62,083 nucleotides of DNA. Origin: Promethearchaeota archaeon (GTDB lineage Archaea; Asgardarchaeota; Lokiarchaeia; Sigyniarchaeales; SOKP01). Positions 11,125-22,197 of this stretch are shown piece after piece. The notes beneath the pieces are model-generated. The model was not told where the DNA came from. It saw only the letters and a list, made by a program, of their open reading frames with translations, and ran no database searches. Position 1 is the first letter of the stretch. Every line of letters starts with the position of its first letter. Position numbers and translations under genes: made by a program. Where the stretch lies: assembly GCA_016839585.1 (NCBI GenBank), contig JAEOTZ010000074.1, forward strand, positions 1 through 62,083. Reading direction: 5' to 3'.

Positions 11125-12302
11125 TCACCTGTTGTTAATTTTTCTGGAAGGTACGTATTGGTAAGAAACTCAAAACCATGTTGAGAAAGAGCCTGAATTT
11201 CTGCTTTTTTCTTTAGTTTGAGAGCTAGGCTTAAATCAAGTTCCCATTGTTTATTCTTTTTAACAAAATCTTCTTTTAATAATTCTTTTGTTCTTTTAAC
11301 ATCCATAGGTTTCATAGGAAGTCTGACTTCTTCTGGAATTTTGTATTTATCAAGATCTCTTGTTAAAACTCCAAGTAGTTTAATATTGGGGGTCGCTAAA
11401 AAAGGTGATTCATAACTTAGTCTTTTTGAACCTCTTAAATATACACTATGAATATAATGTCCATATGGATCACTATCTACTAGACTAAAAACAGGTAAAT
11501 TTAATTCTTTACTTAAGCGTTTCAAAAACATGCGTGTTGCAATATCAGCAGCTCCTTTTGCTGTAAGGATAATACATGGATACTTCTTCCAAAACCTATC
11601 TTCAGCTAAACGTATCATTGCTGCGTCTTTTTCCACTACTAATATAAATTCCGCATCTGATTCTATTATTTCTATATTATCGAGCATAGGCGATACCATC
11701 CAACCACCGCTACCTAATCCTTCTAGATCGATTATATCATTTCGATCCCTTATTCTAAGTCTTCCAACGCACATACCCTTAGCAGATGCAACTATATGAG
11801 TCGAATTTCTTGTTGTATATAACATTGCAGCAACATCTTCAATACTTTTATCACTGTTCTTCTGTTCTGTAAATAATTTTACATCGGTATAGAATATTTC
11901 CCTTTTAGTAGCATGTATATCTTTAATTAATAGCTCATTTACGATTTCAAGAACTCTCATTAATCTTGTTAGATCTGCTACACTAGTAAGTGAATGAAAT
12001 TGCTTTTCTACTATTTGTTCACCTAAAAGCAAAAGATCATTCTCTTCATCCCAAATTATATTAGAACTCGTTCTAGCTGGAAGTTGGATAGATGGGCGAC
12101 CTGTATTGTAAATTTTTGTAATAGTATTATCTACTATTGTGTATAATCTTTCAAGAGTCTCGTTTCTGTTAAGATCATCAATCTTTACCGTCCCTTTTGG
12201 AAGATCAATAGATTTTTCTTCTTTCTCTTTTTGTAAATATAAGTTAAATAATTCTCTAGCTGCTTTTAATTCCTTTTTATCATTTTTTTCTTTTTTAGCC
12301 AT
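11115..12302 (-). CDS. top6A: DNA topoisomerase VI subunit A
   Basis: TKREIFY catalytic Tyr region, VVEKDA, TOPRIM DSDPYG, KAEIQAL. Confidence 0.96.
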   Translation of the reverse strand: MAKKEKNDKKELKAARELFNLYLQKEKEEKSIDLPKGTVKIDDLNRNETLERLYTIVDNTITKIYNTGRPSIQLPARTSSNIIWDEENDLLLLGEQIVEKQFHSLTSVADLTRLMRVLEIVNELLIKDIHATKREIFYTDVKLFTEQKNSDKSIEDVAAMLYTTRNSTHIVASAKGMCVGRLRIRDRNDIIDLEGLGSGGWMVSPMLDNIEIIESDAEFILVVEKDAAMIRLAEDRFWKKYPCIILTAKGAADIATRMFLKRLSKELNLPVFSLVDSDPYGHYIHSVYLRGSKRLSYESPFLATPNIKLLGVLTRDLDKYKIPEEVRLPMKPMDVKRTKELLKEDFVKKNKQWELDLSLALKLKKKAEIQALSQHGFEFLTNTYLPEKLTTGDWI

Positions 12303-12321
12303 GATTAATTAAATAAAAATA

Positions 12322-15300
12322 TTATTTTAATTTCCAATGTTTTTTACCCATTTTAAGGTCAACTAGAATTCCTCCTTTACGCTCTAGCTCTTTGAGTTTT
12401 AACTGAAGGTATCTAGCATCCATCATATCCTTAATTTTCAATTTGAATATCAAATGTTTTATTGTTTGCCATTCACCAGATAAAACTTCTAAAATTCGTT
12501 CTGTTGTAATAAGAGGTAATGTTTTTTGAATTGTTTTTGGTTTAGATATAACTCGAGGTTCAGGTTTGACTGCTTCTACTACTGCTTCTGTAATTGGTTT
12601 CTCTACTAGAGGTTTTTCTTTAAAGGATTCTTGTATAATTTTGATGAGATCAGCCTTTCGTACTTTAGAAGATATATTTATTTTATTTTCTAAACAATAT
12701 TCCTTAAGTTCTTTTATGGTCCAATTATTTAGAGTTTTTTCAGAATAAATTACCTTTTTGGGCTTAACTTTTTCAACAATTGGTTCTATCTTAGGAGGTA
12801 TTACCTCTTTTTTAATTTCTACTTCCTTGGTTTCTATTTTCTTGGGTTCTTCTTTCTCTATTTCTTTCTTTTTAACTAGTGGCTTTTCCAATTGAATTTT
12901 TTCTTCAACAATAGGTGATGGTTTTCTACCAATAGCGTTTTTCATTAAATCTTCTAATTCCTCTCTGGCAACCTTTCTACCATATTTACCATCACCTTTA
13001 GAAGTTATATTATATAAACTTTTAACGAAGATTGGTATATATTTTTCAATTAAACTTGCTCTTTTTTCAGTTCTATGTATACTTGCTCTTCTATTAAGGT
13101 AGATTCGTAGTTTTCTTCCTATAGCTTCAAGACAATATTTTATTTCTTTAATTAAGTCTTCATCATCTGCTAAGGCATTTTTTGATTGAGATTTAAACAT
13201 TAAATGGACAAATGGACCAGAGACATTAACTAATAATTTAATTGGTCCTTTAGGTAAACTATTATCATAAGTATCTAAATTATAATTCTTCCAATTAACT
13301 GATTGTACAGCTTTAGTAATAGCACAATCGGCACTATCTCTTAATTTTGGTGTTCTATTTACAAATCTTGATAAAACATCTCTAGATCGTTTAGGGATTT
13401 CAATGTTTTTTGAATAAGCCATTACAGCTTCGACAACATAGGCTAAACCTTTTCCACTAGTGGGATCACGTGTTTCTGCTGCTACAAAATCATCGTCTAT
13501 TGTATAATTTTCAATAAAATATTCAAAAACATCAGAATAACTTTGAATTGAATCATCTTCTGGAATTATAAGAATTTCATCTATATTTTGCTTAAATTGT
13601 TGAAATTCTAGACTGTCATCTTTAATATCAATATTTGCTAAAATGTTTGAGTCTAAATCAGCAATTTCTCCATAATCTACAGAGATCTCTTCCTTAACTT
13701 TTTGATCTTCTTTTTCTAAAGCAAATTTCTTTTCTTCACTTAATATGGAGGATGTTTGGCTAATCTCGTCTACAGGAATGTCAAAATCATCTAGATTTTC
13801 TGAAATCCTTAATCCTAATTCCTTAATTAATGTATTTTCCAAAATGGAATCACCTACTGGAATAGCTGTATCTGTAGGTGGTGCCATATATTTTATTGAT
13901 TTGAAAGAAAGGAAAAGCGAATTAAACTGTTCTCTTGTCAAATCAGAAGGTTTTGCTTTAGAAATTTGAACTTCACTTACTAAATCCTCAAAATCACTTC
14001 TATTTTTAAATTTTTTTAATTCAATTAATCCTTCTTTAACATTTTTGAAAAGAATGTTAAGTTGATCTTTAATGTTTTCTTTTTCCTTCTTAATTCCTTC
14101 AATATCAATTAGAAAATGTTTAATTCTTTTTTCTAAATTTTTTATTTCTTTTTTTGTTTCTACTTTTTCAATACGATTATTAAGTTTTTTTATCTCTTTA
14201 TTTATTTTCTCATAATCTTTATCAAAAGTATTATATTTTGAAATTAGATCCCAATATTTTTTTCTTAAATCATCTGATTCAACTTCATAAATTATTAATT
14301 TATCTCTTGGTTTATCAGAACGACCATAAACTCTCTTTTCGTTTCTAAAATAATGAATTTTATCTGTGTGTTTTTGTGTCCTAGTAACAAATCCATCTTT
14401 TAGAATTAGGAGCTTTAAATTATCTTGTAAATCATTTTCAGCCTTATCAACAATTTCTCTAGCTGTTTTTGGACTAATTCTCACAAAATTATCTTGTAAG
14501 AATGAAGAAATAGTTTTCTTTTCTGTTTTTGTAATTAAATCTTGCAGATCACCAATATTTACTGATGATGGGTGAGATTTGGCATATTTAGGTTTTCGTG
14601 GAAAAGAAGAAGCTAATCTTCGATACATCTTTTCCTTGCCGTATGGATCAATATACATAATTGTAATATGAGGATTCATGAATGCAGTTTCTTCGATATA
14701 TTTTTCGACATAACCTCTAATATATTTTACGTTTAAATAGTTCAGTTTTATATAAGTTCCATGGAGGAAGGCACTGTCAATATCTGTTGGATGAATCAAA
14801 TACTTTTTCTCATTTTTAGATGTTGTAAAAAATTCAGTAACAGTAGCATAGATATTATCCATTGATTTTGAAACAGCAATAACTGGTTTTCCTGTAGTAT
14901 TTTGCGCATCACTAAAAGCACTCGGCGCACCAAATCCTTGACTTCCCCTCGTTTGTTTTAATTCCAATGATTTTGAGGAGGCAAGATATTTCCCAAATTT
15001 TCGTAAATCAATTTTAGACATTCCTGTACCATTATCAAAAATTTCAAAAGTGTAGCTCATTACATTTTTCTGACTTATTTCAGATGTCAAAAATGAAGGA
15101 GCTTCAAATTCTCTCATACGAACAATTACGATAGGTTCTACATCAATGATATTTTCAACTGGTTTAATAATTTCTTGCATATCGTCAATAATTCTTTTAA
15201 CTTCCTCCTCCACCTCTAACTCTTCTTTTTCACTGATTTCTCCAGATTCCTCTAGCTTCTCTTTTGATTCTTGAATAATTGATTCTTCAGATTCAATAGA

Positions 15301-15621
15301 TTCTAAACCTAACTCTTGCATCAATGTGTGTTTTGCTTCATTGTTTAAATGCTGAGTTTTTTTTTCCTCTTTAGCTGTTTCAACAATTGAAAATTTTTCT
15401 AAAAATAGTTCTTGATCTAAGGAGAATTTAATCTTTGAATCAAGTTTTTCTAATTCTCTCCATTGAAAACCTTCAATTGCGTCAAGGGCATTATCAATAA
15501 ATTCTGCGCAATATTGTACATGCTTCCAATAACCAAACTCAAAACCAACTAGTTGAGTTCGCTTACGCATATACTCTGCGATTGTTCCTTGCTTAATCTT
15601 TCCCTCTTCATCTTTAGTAAT
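12322..15621 (-). CDS. top6B: DNA topoisomerase VI subunit B with large insertions and C-terminal extension (probable ATT start at 15621; first ATG at 15570)
   Basis: GHKL motifs EFIDNALDA, DNGTG, RGSQGFG; RFVNRTP transducer; the frame stays open upstream of the ATG and encodes the conserved KQGTIAEY segment. Confidence 0.92.
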   Translation of the reverse strand: MTKDEEGKIKQGTIAEYMRKRTQLVGFEFGYWKHVQYCAEFIDNALDAIEGFQWRELEKLDSKIKFSLDQELFLEKFSIVETAKEEKKTQHLNNEAKHTLMQELGLESIESEESIIQESKEKLEESGEISEKEELEVEEEVKRIIDDMQEIIKPVENIIDVEPIVIVRMREFEAPSFLTSEISQKNVMSYTFEIFDNGTGMSKIDLRKFGKYLASSKSLELKQTRGSQGFGAPSAFSDAQNTTGKPVIAVSKSMDNIYATVTEFFTTSKNEKKYLIHPTDIDSAFLHGTYIKLNYLNVKYIRGYVEKYIEETAFMNPHITIMYIDPYGKEKMYRRLASSFPRKPKYAKSHPSSVNIGDLQDLITKTEKKTISSFLQDNFVRISPKTAREIVDKAENDLQDNLKLLILKDGFVTRTQKHTDKIHYFRNEKRVYGRSDKPRDKLIIYEVESDDLRKKYWDLISKYNTFDKDYEKINKEIKKLNNRIEKVETKKEIKNLEKRIKHFLIDIEGIKKEKENIKDQLNILFKNVKEGLIELKKFKNRSDFEDLVSEVQISKAKPSDLTREQFNSLFLSFKSIKYMAPPTDTAIPVGDSILENTLIKELGLRISENLDDFDIPVDEISQTSSILSEEKKFALEKEDQKVKEEISVDYGEIADLDSNILANIDIKDDSLEFQQFKQNIDEILIIPEDDSIQSYSDVFEYFIENYTIDDDFVAAETRDPTSGKGLAYVVEAVMAYSKNIEIPKRSRDVLSRFVNRTPKLRDSADCAITKAVQSVNWKNYNLDTYDNSLPKGPIKLLVNVSGPFVHLMFKSQSKNALADDEDLIKEIKYCLEAIGRKLRIYLNRRASIHRTEKRASLIEKYIPIFVKSLYNITSKGDGKYGRKVAREELEDLMKNAIGRKPSPIVEEKIQLEKPLVKKKEIEKEEPKKIETKEVEIKKEVIPPKIEPIVEKVKPKKVIYSEKTLNNWTIKELKEYCLENKINISSKVRKADLIKIIQESFKEKPLVEKPITEAVVEAVKPEPRVISKPKTIQKTLPLITTERILEVLSGEWQTIKHLIFKLKIKDMMDARYLQLKLKELERKGGILVDLKMGKKHWKLK

Positions 15622-15895
15622 TTTAGGCGCACTCTATTGTATTGTTATTCTATAATTTTTTAGTATTTAATTATAAATATATAAACAATTATTACTGAAT
15701 TAATTTTTATTGTTATTTAATATTAGATATAGAATCTTATATCTTAAGTTTCTGTTATCTTCTTATAGTTTAATTGTTCCTTCACTTTTTAAAGAAATTG
15801 AACAAGTATTTAAATATTTTCTTTAAGTTGAAAATTATAAAAAGAGAGAAACTTATATTTAAGAACGCTTAGAGTTAAAGATAGCAGAATTAACT

Positions 15896-17176
15896 TTAGA
15901 GATCTTTAATTCTGTAAGCTTCTAAAGCAGCATCAATTATTTTTGAAGCTATGTATCGTTTTGTATTTTTTTCAACATGAGTTATATGTTTTAATTTATC
16001 AATAATAAAAACTTCATTATCCTTACTTGCAAAACCAATATCATCTCTTCCAATGTCATTAGCAACAATCATATCAATCTCTGATTTTTTAAGGCGTTCG
16101 TATGCACGATTTATTAATTCACTTTTTGAAACATTAGTCTCTGCTTTAAATCCCAGTATGAATAGGTTATAATCTTTCCTTCTAGCAACGTCAATAATTT
16201 TTGGTGTTAACATCATATTTACTTGTAAGCTTTGAACATTATCAGATGATATTTTACCTTCAATATATTCTACTGGTTTATAATCACTAATAGCAGCAGC
16301 AGAAATGAAAAAATCATAACTATTATAAGCTAACTCATCTTTAACTGTTTTTATAAAATCTTCTGTAGAAACCACATGAAGAGTTTTAATGTATTCTGGA
16401 ATTTTTACCATACATTTCCCTGCTATTAATAGTACATCAGCTCCCCGTGCAGATGCCTCCTTGGCTAATTCTATTCCCATCCTCCCTGAAGACCTATTTG
16501 ATACGAAACGAACCGAATCTATTGCTTCTCTGGTAGGTCCTGCTGTAATCAAGACTTTCTTTCCTTCAAGATCTTTTTTAGCTACTAATAAATCAATTAC
16601 TCGATCAATTACATCGTCAATTTTAGCTATTTTTGCTTTTCCTTCAGAGATCCTTGGAGCTAATATATCTAAACCTGCCTTTCTTAATCTTTTTTCATTT
16701 TTTGCCAAAATTGGGTGGTTATACATGCTTTCATGCATAGCTGGAACAATTACAATTGGTAAGGATGAACCAAAAGCTGTAGAAACCACTGTTGTTACAG
16801 GTGTATCATCAATCCCATTTGCTATTTTTGAAATAGTATTTGCAGTTGCCGGACATACTAAAATTAAATCTGCTTTTCCCACACCTCTAGGTCTTTCTCC
16901 TGCTAAATATACATGTTCTACTGCACCTGTCAATTTGGTTATAATTGGATTACCTGTTGCCCATTCCATTAAAGCGGGATTTATTAATTCTGCAGCAGCT
17001 TTAGACATAACACAAATTACTTCAGCACCAAGTCTCATGAGTTGTCTTGCAATAATTGGAGCTGAAATAACTGCTACAGAACCTGTTAAACAGAGACAGA
17101 TCGTTTTTCCTCGGAGAATAGTGCCTTTACTTTCAACAATATCTTTTGATGGGTGCTGGAAATTACTGTTTTTCAT
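15896..17176 (-). CDS. coaBC: Phosphopantothenoylcysteine decarboxylase/ligase
   Basis: PATANTISK, PAMH, TAGPTRE, NRSSGRMG, AAISDY, GFKAET motifs. Confidence 0.96.
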   Translation of the reverse strand: MKNSNFQHPSKDIVESKGTILRGKTICLCLTGSVAVISAPIIARQLMRLGAEVICVMSKAAAELINPALMEWATGNPIITKLTGAVEHVYLAGERPRGVGKADLILVCPATANTISKIANGIDDTPVTTVVSTAFGSSLPIVIVPAMHESMYNHPILAKNEKRLRKAGLDILAPRISEGKAKIAKIDDVIDRVIDLLVAKKDLEGKKVLITAGPTREAIDSVRFVSNRSSGRMGIELAKEASARGADVLLIAGKCMVKIPEYIKTLHVVSTEDFIKTVKDELAYNSYDFFISAAAISDYKPVEYIEGKISSDNVQSLQVNMMLTPKIIDVARRKDYNLFILGFKAETNVSKSELINRAYERLKKSEIDMIVANDIGRDDIGFASKDNEVFIIDKLKHITHVEKNTKRYIASKIIDAALEAYRIKDL

Positions 17177-17351
17177 ATGCTAATTATTTTATTTGTTTAA
17201 TATCACTTAAACTTTCAGATTGTATCTAATATAAACTTATGCATAATATATAAATTATGATATAAAAAGATCAGTCATTTCAATTCGCTTCTGTTTAAAT
17301 CTAAAATCTAACAGATATATTTTAAAAAAAAATATTGATATTACCAACCTT

Positions 17352-19697
17352 TTATTTTTCATTCTTTACATTTAATTTTAATTTTTTGGCATATTCAATA
17401 AATTGGTTGAATTTATCTGGCTTAAAAATTATTTTACCTTCCATATTTAAGATTTTTAAAAATTTTTTCCCATAATATGTTTTACTAATTTCTGAGACAT
17501 CATGCAGTTTCTCTTTCTTATGATATAGTTGAATAATTTTTGAAGATTCAAATTCTTCTTTTCTAATTTTAATGATTTCATTAGAATACTTAAAAAAGGG
17601 AGTATTTCGCAACTTTTTCAAATTAAAAATTATAGTACTACCAATTTCTCTTTTATCCAAAATTTTTTTTATATAAGTATGAGCCTTATTCAAAAATTTT
17701 GATTTAAATTCTTCTAATTTAATATCTTCATCAAGTAATTCCTTTATTAATTCAGGATAAGGTAAATCTAATCCTGCTAATTCATTGGTTAAATTCAGTA
17801 TTATTAAGATTTGACTAGATTTTATCTCATAATTTGTTTTTAATTCGTCAAAAACAGATTCTTTTTCTTTAAGAATAAAATTAAATAAAAATTCTTTGAA
17901 ATCTTTGATAAATTGATTATAATTTGGTATAAATATTTTATTTGGATTATCAACTACAATATCAATAGCATGAAAGGGACTAATTTCTTTATTTAATACA
18001 TTTTTTACGAGAGAGAGTGGATAATATCCTTCTATAAAAGGCATTCCCCTAGAAACACTTTTAATTCCATCTTTAAATGAACATTTTGTAATTATATTAA
18101 TGGTTTTAATAATATTACCCTCAATTTTAGTAGGAGTTTTTTTACAATAACAAAGATCAAAAGGTTTTAAATCGTGAAATAACGGATTATTTTGGTCTGG
18201 GATAATTATTTGATTCCCATAAGCATTAACAATACTGCCTTGAATTGGTTTACTTGCTAAATCCCATTCAATTATCATTACGTCATTTGAGTATTTCTGG
18301 TCAATATCATAGCCATAATCTATACTTTTACTTAATAAAGAAAATCCATTGAGTGATTTTATTTCATAATTATCTATTTCTCCCCAAAATTGTTCTCTAT
18401 AATAGTTTACATCTGGAAGATTACTTAGATCGTCCAAAAACAATTCTTTTATAATAAAATAATTAATCCCAATTTCTGAGGATTTTATAATTCGTTCATC
18501 TATTCCAGAAAATCCTATTCGAGAAATTATATAATAATATACTGGATTTTTTAAATTATCATCGTCGTGAGTAACTCTATATGTATTTCTTATTTTTCTG
18601 AATTCGCCTTTAGATCTCTTAATATTGTATTTTTCTATTAAAAGCTTTAAATATGCAAATTTTTTTATGTATACTTTTTTCTCTAATTCTTTTATTTCCT
18701 CCTTATATTTTTTATATTCATCGTAGAATTTTTCTTTAGGAATTTTGATGATTTTAAATTGTTCCTTTAATAATTTCAATTTTTCAATAACACAGAAATT
18801 ATCAATTTCGGAGAAAAAATAATTTAGTAAACTCTCTCTTAAAGATTTAAGTTGATCTGGTGTTGGTATTTTATTGAAACTAGGATCTAATTTTATTAGA
18901 TTTTCAAAATTTTTTTTTATGAAATATATTGAAAAATATTTATCATTAAAATTTGTACTATTAACTAGTTTTTTTAACTTATTTCTGAAGGGTAATTCAT
19001 ATAAAATTCTGTTAAATTCTAAAATTTTATCTATAGATTCAATAATTCTTAGCAGATTAAAAAAAGAATAATTAGAAATGCAAATCATAAATCGTTTAAA
19101 TCCTTTTTCTAAATAATCGGTATGCTTGACAAAAAACGTTGCTATTTCATTTTCATAACTATATCTTAAAAATTCGAAGAATTCGATGAATAAATTATTT
19201 TCTATCGAATTTATTAAATAACTTTCAATGATTTCTTCGCTTTCAAATTGGTTGATAATTGCTTTATTTAGGTAACTTAAAGCTTCAACACAATTATTAC
19301 TTTCAAAACAAGTATTTGCTAGTAATAAATAATTTTTACTTTTCTTCTTTGATCCAAAATCTTCTGAAGTTAATAAGTAGTTTTCTAGATTTTCTAAGAT
19401 TTTTACAGCAAGTGAATTCTTAATGATCATTAGTAGTTTTATTAAATGAACACATACTTTTTCACTTCTTTCAGAATGGATAAGAAATAAGGGACAATCA
19501 TGAAAAATTTCACCAGTTTTCTCATCAATAATAAGGTGGAATTCTCTTTCATTATCTAGAACTATACTCCTTATTTTTATTGGCTCTTCCCTTAAATAAA
19601 TAATGTTAATTTTGTTATTTGGAAAATTGAATGATTTTTGGTATAATTTTTCACCGAATTCGTTGATTATTTTCTTTGAAAGAGATGAAGTTGTCAT
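17352..19697 (-). CDS. SWIM-type Zn finger protein with helical repeats
   Basis: HDCP...CVH motif near the N-terminus followed by a TPR-like helix; last gene of the MoxR-vWA run. Confidence 0.6.
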   Translation of the reverse strand: MTTSSLSKKIINEFGEKLYQKSFNFPNNKINIIYLREEPIKIRSIVLDNEREFHLIIDEKTGEIFHDCPLFLIHSERSEKVCVHLIKLLMIIKNSLAVKILENLENYLLTSEDFGSKKKSKNYLLLANTCFESNNCVEALSYLNKAIINQFESEEIIESYLINSIENNLFIEFFEFLRYSYENEIATFFVKHTDYLEKGFKRFMICISNYSFFNLLRIIESIDKILEFNRILYELPFRNKLKKLVNSTNFNDKYFSIYFIKKNFENLIKLDPSFNKIPTPDQLKSLRESLLNYFFSEIDNFCVIEKLKLLKEQFKIIKIPKEKFYDEYKKYKEEIKELEKKVYIKKFAYLKLLIEKYNIKRSKGEFRKIRNTYRVTHDDDNLKNPVYYYIISRIGFSGIDERIIKSSEIGINYFIIKELFLDDLSNLPDVNYYREQFWGEIDNYEIKSLNGFSLLSKSIDYGYDIDQKYSNDVMIIEWDLASKPIQGSIVNAYGNQIIIPDQNNPLFHDLKPFDLCYCKKTPTKIEGNIIKTINIITKCSFKDGIKSVSRGMPFIEGYYPLSLVKNVLNKEISPFHAIDIVVDNPNKIFIPNYNQFIKDFKEFLFNFILKEKESVFDELKTNYEIKSSQILIILNLTNELAGLDLPYPELIKELLDEDIKLEEFKSKFLNKAHTYIKKILDKREIGSTIIFNLKKLRNTPFFKYSNEIIKIRKEEFESSKIIQLYHKKEKLHDVSEISKTYYGKKFLKILNMEGKIIFKPDKFNQFIEYAKKLKLNVKNEK

Positions 19698-19703
19698 TAT
19701 CTT

Positions 19704-22193
19704 TTAAAATCTTGAATTTATTATTTCAGAGATTAATCTGGGAAATTCATTATAATCTTTAATGGTTAATAACTGGCCCCCGGCTATTTTCACCATTTTT
19801 TTAGCTTCTTTAAGATTATAAGACTCTTCAGGACAAACTAAAATGAAATTGATACCCAATGAACGAAAAATTCTCAATTCCTCAATAGCTTCTCGAAGAT
19901 CAAAAACCTCTGCGTCTGTGAATAGCACGTTTAATTTTTCACGTGATTGCGCTGCTTCTTTAAATTGTTTTCTTGCCCATTCCAATGCACTTTGAATTTT
20001 TGTCCCTCCCTGTGCTTTAACGCTTAGTAATTCGTCAGCGAGTTTTTCTAGATCTATTTTTTGGGTCATTTCCTTTAATACATGAGTATTTGATTCGAAA
20101 AAAGTGATTGCAAGCTCATCCTTACGTAAACCATAACATAACATAGTTATGCAGATGCTCATATATGCTAATTTATCACCACTCATAGAACCGCTTATAT
20201 CTAATTCAAAACAAGCGCTTCTAAGACCTTTTGCGGTCTCAAAAACAAAGAAATCATCATACTGTATGTGGTCTAATTCTTTACCCTTCTCTAAAATGTT
20301 ATATACGGTTTCTTCTAGATCTATATTTTCAAAATCATCTCCAATTGAATAAGGTCTTACAATATTTATAGGAATAGGTCCTGTTGTTGCGCTTCCTAAT
20401 CGTGCTCGTGAGTAATATATGCCCAAGTCAATTAACATCTTTTTTGCCAATTCTTTAACTTTTTGTTTTGTTTTTTCTGGCAAGTCTCTACGATGAATAA
20501 ACCATTGTTTAAGTAAATTTTCTCCACTCCCAGCAGATAAGCATGAAATCATTTTATCTTGACCTTCTTGACCACCAATTTGGGAAGCTCCTTTTAAAGC
20601 TTCACTTAAATTGAAATTACCAAGAGCACCTAATGCCTCTCTATTATCTGAAGCTAAAGCACTAGCAATAAGCTCTTTAATCCTTTCATAATTCAATTGA
20701 TCTTGAATTTGATTCATCAAATTACTTAAACGTTGAAAATCAGCTTGATTCTTTTCGACTAATTTCTTTAACAGCTGATAATTTGGTTCTATTAATTCAT
20801 AAATTTCATCTTCAGACATATCAAGTTCTTTTCCAATTCTTTTTATATCCTCTGATTCTGGGTTTAGACCTATTTTTCTCAAAAATTCAGTTGCATTTCT
20901 TAGTTGAGAAGGTGTTTCACAAGATTCTAAAGTTAACGAAGTTAGATCTGGGAGTTGTTGAGCCATCTTTTGACTACAATGCATATTTGCACAACTATTC
21001 ATAAGTTGCTGTAATTGGTGGGTTAAAGATTTAAATGCCTCAAACTTCTTATTTTGATTTGATGCATCAGATATTGCATTTTGAAGAGCTTGATTAAAAA
21101 GAGAATTCCAAGATTTATTTGCAAATGCACTTTTAGTTAAGGTTTCTAAGGAAAGATTCATTTGAGAAATTTTATTTTGTTCATTTAATTTATCTAATAA
21201 TGAGGTTCTGAGATTTGTACCAAAATACTGATCCAATGAGTTAGCTAGATTAAAATTATGTTCAAATGTATTAGTTTGTAAAGAGTTATTTAATATATTT
21301 TCTAGATTAAATTTAGGGGTTTCTCCTAAGTTTTTTGCTGCACTAAATAATTGATCTAAATTATTTATGTGATCTTGAAGTTCATTTTTCAAATTTTGAA
21401 GATTATCTTTTGGAATAGCATTAGTATCATTTAAATATTTTAATGTTTGTAATAAATCCTCTAGATTTCTCGAGTTAAGTAAGTTATTTAAATCATCAGA
21501 AATATCTTGACTGTCAAGAGCTTTACTTGTAATTTTTTCCCATGAGCGTTTTGATTTTTCTTGTATCAAATCATTCAAGCCTAAAGAATCACCCGCTTTT
21601 AAATCTTTAGGATCTAACGAATTTATTTTTTGTATTAACCTTTTTTTCGCTTCTTCTAATAATTTATCTAAAGAAGTTATTTCCTCTTTATATAACTCTG
21701 AATCATCATTAAAGAAATTAAGAGCGGATTTATAAGGCTCTTCATCCCTTTTTTGATTCAACTCATCGAAAAACTGCTCTAATTGTTGGATAACATCTGT
21801 ATCAACTGATTTAGTTAGTTCAATTTCATCAATTAAATCCTGAAGTTGATCTAACTCTGTTTTTAAATCAGGACTTATCAATTCTTCTCCAATTTCATTA
21901 ATTTTATTTTCATCGAAAAAGGATTTCATTAAGTTTTTTTTATATTTTGGAAACAGGATCTCAAAAGCAATATCTTTTGCTAATTTTTGATTGTCTGGAA
22001 ATGAAGTAACTGAACTAATTTCAATGAAATCATTTGGAGTAACTGATCCCTTACGATAATATCTCGAAACTATTAATTTAGGTATAGATAATACTTGTCT
22101 TGAAGATGGAATTTGTACAATATCGGGATGATTCCTCATTCTCCTAATAAATTCAACAGCAAATTCACATGGATTCTCAGGAAAAATCCCCAA
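19704..22193 (-). CDS. vWA domain protein (CoxE/ViaA-like partner of MoxR)
   Basis: MIDAS DISGSM, GGT and FTDA motifs at the C-terminus; RPYSIGDD...IDLEET linker. Confidence 0.9.
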   Translation of the reverse strand: MGIFPENPCEFAVEFIRRMRNHPDIVQIPSSRQVLSIPKLIVSRYYRKGSVTPNDFIEISSVTSFPDNQKLAKDIAFEILFPKYKKNLMKSFFDENKINEIGEELISPDLKTELDQLQDLIDEIELTKSVDTDVIQQLEQFFDELNQKRDEEPYKSALNFFNDDSELYKEEITSLDKLLEEAKKRLIQKINSLDPKDLKAGDSLGLNDLIQEKSKRSWEKITSKALDSQDISDDLNNLLNSRNLEDLLQTLKYLNDTNAIPKDNLQNLKNELQDHINNLDQLFSAAKNLGETPKFNLENILNNSLQTNTFEHNFNLANSLDQYFGTNLRTSLLDKLNEQNKISQMNLSLETLTKSAFANKSWNSLFNQALQNAISDASNQNKKFEAFKSLTHQLQQLMNSCANMHCSQKMAQQLPDLTSLTLESCETPSQLRNATEFLRKIGLNPESEDIKRIGKELDMSEDEIYELIEPNYQLLKKLVEKNQADFQRLSNLMNQIQDQLNYERIKELIASALASDNREALGALGNFNLSEALKGASQIGGQEGQDKMISCLSAGSGENLLKQWFIHRRDLPEKTKQKVKELAKKMLIDLGIYYSRARLGSATTGPIPINIVRPYSIGDDFENIDLEETVYNILEKGKELDHIQYDDFFVFETAKGLRSACFELDISGSMSGDKLAYMSICITMLCYGLRKDELAITFFESNTHVLKEMTQKIDLEKLADELLSVKAQGGTKIQSALEWARKQFKEAAQSREKLNVLFTDAEVFDLREAIEELRIFRSLGINFILVCPEESYNLKEAKKMVKIAGGQLLTIKDYNEFPRLISEIINSRF

Positions 22194-22197
22194 ATAT

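Noticed and set aside
16389-17183. 264-aa ORF antisense to coaBC, and the other short antisense ORFs in the track
   Set aside because: Shadow frames of well-supported genes, with no recognisable motifs
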